From contig JAVVGL010000005.1 in NCBI GenBank assembly GCA_032249135.1, forward strand, positions 1-64,000: DNA of 64,000 bases. Reading direction: 5' to 3'. Below the pieces are notes generated by a model that worked only from the letters and a program-made list of their open reading frames with translations, did no database searches and was not told the DNA's origin. Positions 61,779 to 64,000 of this stretch are shown piece by piece. How positions within the stretch are numbered: position 1 is the first letter of the stretch; the number at the start of each line of letters is the position of its first letter. A program made the translations under genes and the position numbers. The stretch comes from Candidatus Calescibacterium sp. (GTDB lineage Bacteria; Calescibacteriota; Calescibacteriia; Calescibacteriales; Calescibacteriaceae).

Positions 61779-62185
61779 AAATTTTCTTTACTCTATCTCT
61801 TTTTCTTTATTTTCTTGCCCCTTTTCTTCGTATTAATTTTTCCCATAACAAGGAATAAAAAGATAATGAAAAATGCAGAAGTTAAATTTTCTCTTAAAAT
61901 TATAGGTGTATTTGCAAAAGTTGTAGTTCTATTTTTGATCTTCGCAAAATCCACAATTTTTGTGTTCTACAAAAATAGATAAGCTATTCTCTTTAAGATA
62001 TAGATACAGATGTGAAAGTTATTTTACTGTTGGAAAATCTGTTGTTTCATGAACTGGAACTATTACAGCTGATAGCAAAAATATAATGTCAAGTTTAAAG
62101 CTAATGGTACAAGCAAGATATGCGATGAGGCAAGTAAATGCAAGAGCTTTTCTTAATTTGCAATTTGTTGTATAATTCTAATTCT

Positions 62186-62650
62186 TTATTTTTTATCTTG
62201 TGAGTTTGTATGATTTGATATATATTTTATTATGGTGTGTAGAGATTTTATTGCTGCGTAGAATTCCGGGCTTTTCATTAGCTTTAACATTTTAAATATT
62301 GAAGGTTTTTCTTTTTGAGCCTGGGAGAATTCTTCTGCTGCTTTCTTCATCCCTTCTGGTAATTTTTGAGCAAGTTCAAATAACATCTGATGGTTAAGAT
62401 TCCCTATCATCCACACCAACATCATAGCATTTGCAACTTATCCCATAAGTTCAGGTTTTACTATTGAATTGAAACCTTCTTCAAATCCTTCAAGGAGACC
62501 AGATACAGCACTTAGGATACCGCTCTCTTGTAGTTTCTGAACGATTTCTATTATATCTTTTATTGCATCTTTATTTTCTATTAGTGTTTTGATTATATCC
62601 TCTATTTTTTCCTTTTCTTTCTCATCAATACCCTTTATTGTTATTTCCAT
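62186..62650 (-). pseudogene. DUF1641-like protein split by an in-frame TAA
   Basis: ...KLQESGILSAV...PELMG*(62438-40)VANAMMLVW...KPSIFKMLKLMKSPE reads as one frame. Confidence 0.75.
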
Positions 62651-62668
62651 AGTTTTTTACCTCCTTTT

Positions 62669-63878
62669 TTATCTACCAAAAATTTGGCTAAACCACATCC
62701 TTTCAAAAGCAACTTTTAAACCTCTGAACGCTCTCATACCTCCAAGCATCCAGCAATCGGGATAAGGTGCCGTACCATCTATGACCTTTGAAAAATCACA
62801 AAATACTCCGGCTCCCATGTATCCCACATCCATAACGCATATTCCTGTTCTGTTGTACATGATCCCCATAGATGTTCCTTTTATTTCGTCTATTATCTGT
62901 GAAGCTACATAATCTGCTTGGAAGTGAGCAAAAACTCCTGCCATACCTATTCCAAGACTTCTTGAAATTATATCACCTATGCCGAAAATGTTTTTGTATT
63001 CCGGGTGTCTGAGCAATTTCTTATCAACTAACATATATCCATCTGCGTTATCGTTTCTGAGTTTGCTGTTTTTGAATACAGGATCTGCTGGTTCATGAGG
63101 AGGAATTATGATTGCAAGATCGTATTCAATTTCTCTACCATCTTTTGCTTGTATTTTCCCATCTTTTATTTTTTCAGTTGAAAACCCACCTTCAAATTTC
63201 ACATTAAATTGATTGAGAAACATCTTGAAGGCATTTACCATAAATGGTCCAAAAGGTTGCATAGGCTCACTCCACGGATGTATTACTGTTATTTCTGTCT
63301 TTTCGGAGAAGCCTCTTTGTTCTGAAATATATCTTATCATAAATGCAAGTTCAAAAGGAGCTGGAGAGCATCTGTACACAGGTTCCGCCGGACCAACAAC
63401 TACTTTCCCTCCTCTGAAATTGCTGAGTGCTTCGCGTAGTTTTAGAGCATCTTTCATTTCCCATGCGTGGAATGTTTTCTCTATCACCGGTATTTTTTCT
63501 GGTTTTAGAACCGTTCCTAATGATACTACAAGGTAATCGTATTCAAGTTCTTGCCCATCAAATAAAACTTTGTTTTTCTCCGGAATTATTTCTTTTACTT
63601 CGGAATTGATTACATTTATGCCTTTTTCTTTTAGTTTTGATAGAGGTCTTGAAACATCATTAGGTTCCCTTGTCCCTACGGCAACTCATAAGTAAGATGG
63701 ACGAAATTCGTGAAGAAGATTTTTATCAATAAGATATACTTCTAATTTTTGATTTTTTATTTCTTCTTTTAGAATTTTATTTTTGATTTTTTATTTCTTC
63801 TTTTAGAATTTTAGAAAGTCTTGAAGCTACTACTACTCCACCTATGCCACCTCCTAATATTACTACTTTTTTCCCCAT
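62669..63878 (-). pseudogene. Sulfide:quinone oxidoreductase-like FAD/NAD(P)-dependent oxidoreductase, disrupted
   Basis: ATG 63878 with GAGGTG RBS, VILGGGIGG; 34-bp duplication frameshift; TGA at 63686-88 in RPSYL*VAVG; then YDYLVVSLG, YRCSPAPFE, IFGIGD, GICVMD. Confidence 0.85.
63746..63813. repeat. Perfect 34-bp tandem duplication
   Basis: tttttgattttttatttcttcttttagaatttta at 63746-63779 and 63780-63813. Confidence 0.95.
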
Positions 63879-64000
63879 TTTTTTCACCTCCAATAAAAAT
63901 ATTAGCCATTATACGGGTTAGTACATTTATTTCTTGTTTTTTTGAGTGAAGATTTAGATGTGGAGTTTGGATGGTTTTTTATTTTTTTTATTTTTTACTT

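Noticed and set aside
61800-62185. About 400-bp gap with short hydrophobic minus-strand frames, a possible third decayed gene of the SQR operon
   Set aside because: No start or RBS and no recognisable motif; cannot be supported without a translated search.

Overview
AT-rich (roughly one-third G+C, judged by eye), gene-dense bacterial chromosome segment. The Lys/Glu/Ile-rich proteins suggest a thermophile (inference). It opens inside a large RHS/YD-repeat gene whose reading frame runs through one in-frame TAG and ends in a Cys-rich HExxH metalloprotease-like domain, followed by two tandem paralogous secreted or lipoprotein genes that are candidate immunity proteins. Most of the rest is housekeeping genes in a heavily shuffled order. 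Examples are a rearranged ribosomal cluster (rpmJ-rpsM-rpsK-rpsD-rpsQ-rplN-rplX-rplE, with no rpoA, rplQ, rpsN or rpsH), rpmH about 17 kb from rnpA, and lone gyrB, ispF, livM, exbD and fliA. Two real genes below the ORF-track cutoff were recovered (rpmJ, rpmH). Accessory loci include two Nfu-like genes flanking a GC-rich structured element, an orphan phage-type single-strand-annealing-like gene, a disrupted ATPase+TOPRIM pair, a frameshifted Rpn-family nuclease with a possible intragenic antitoxin, a kelch/Ig lipoprotein pair, DUF790, and a decaying SQR-like/DUF1641 operon. I saw no rRNA, tRNA, CRISPR array or intact IS element. All family assignments come from recalled motifs, not database searches.
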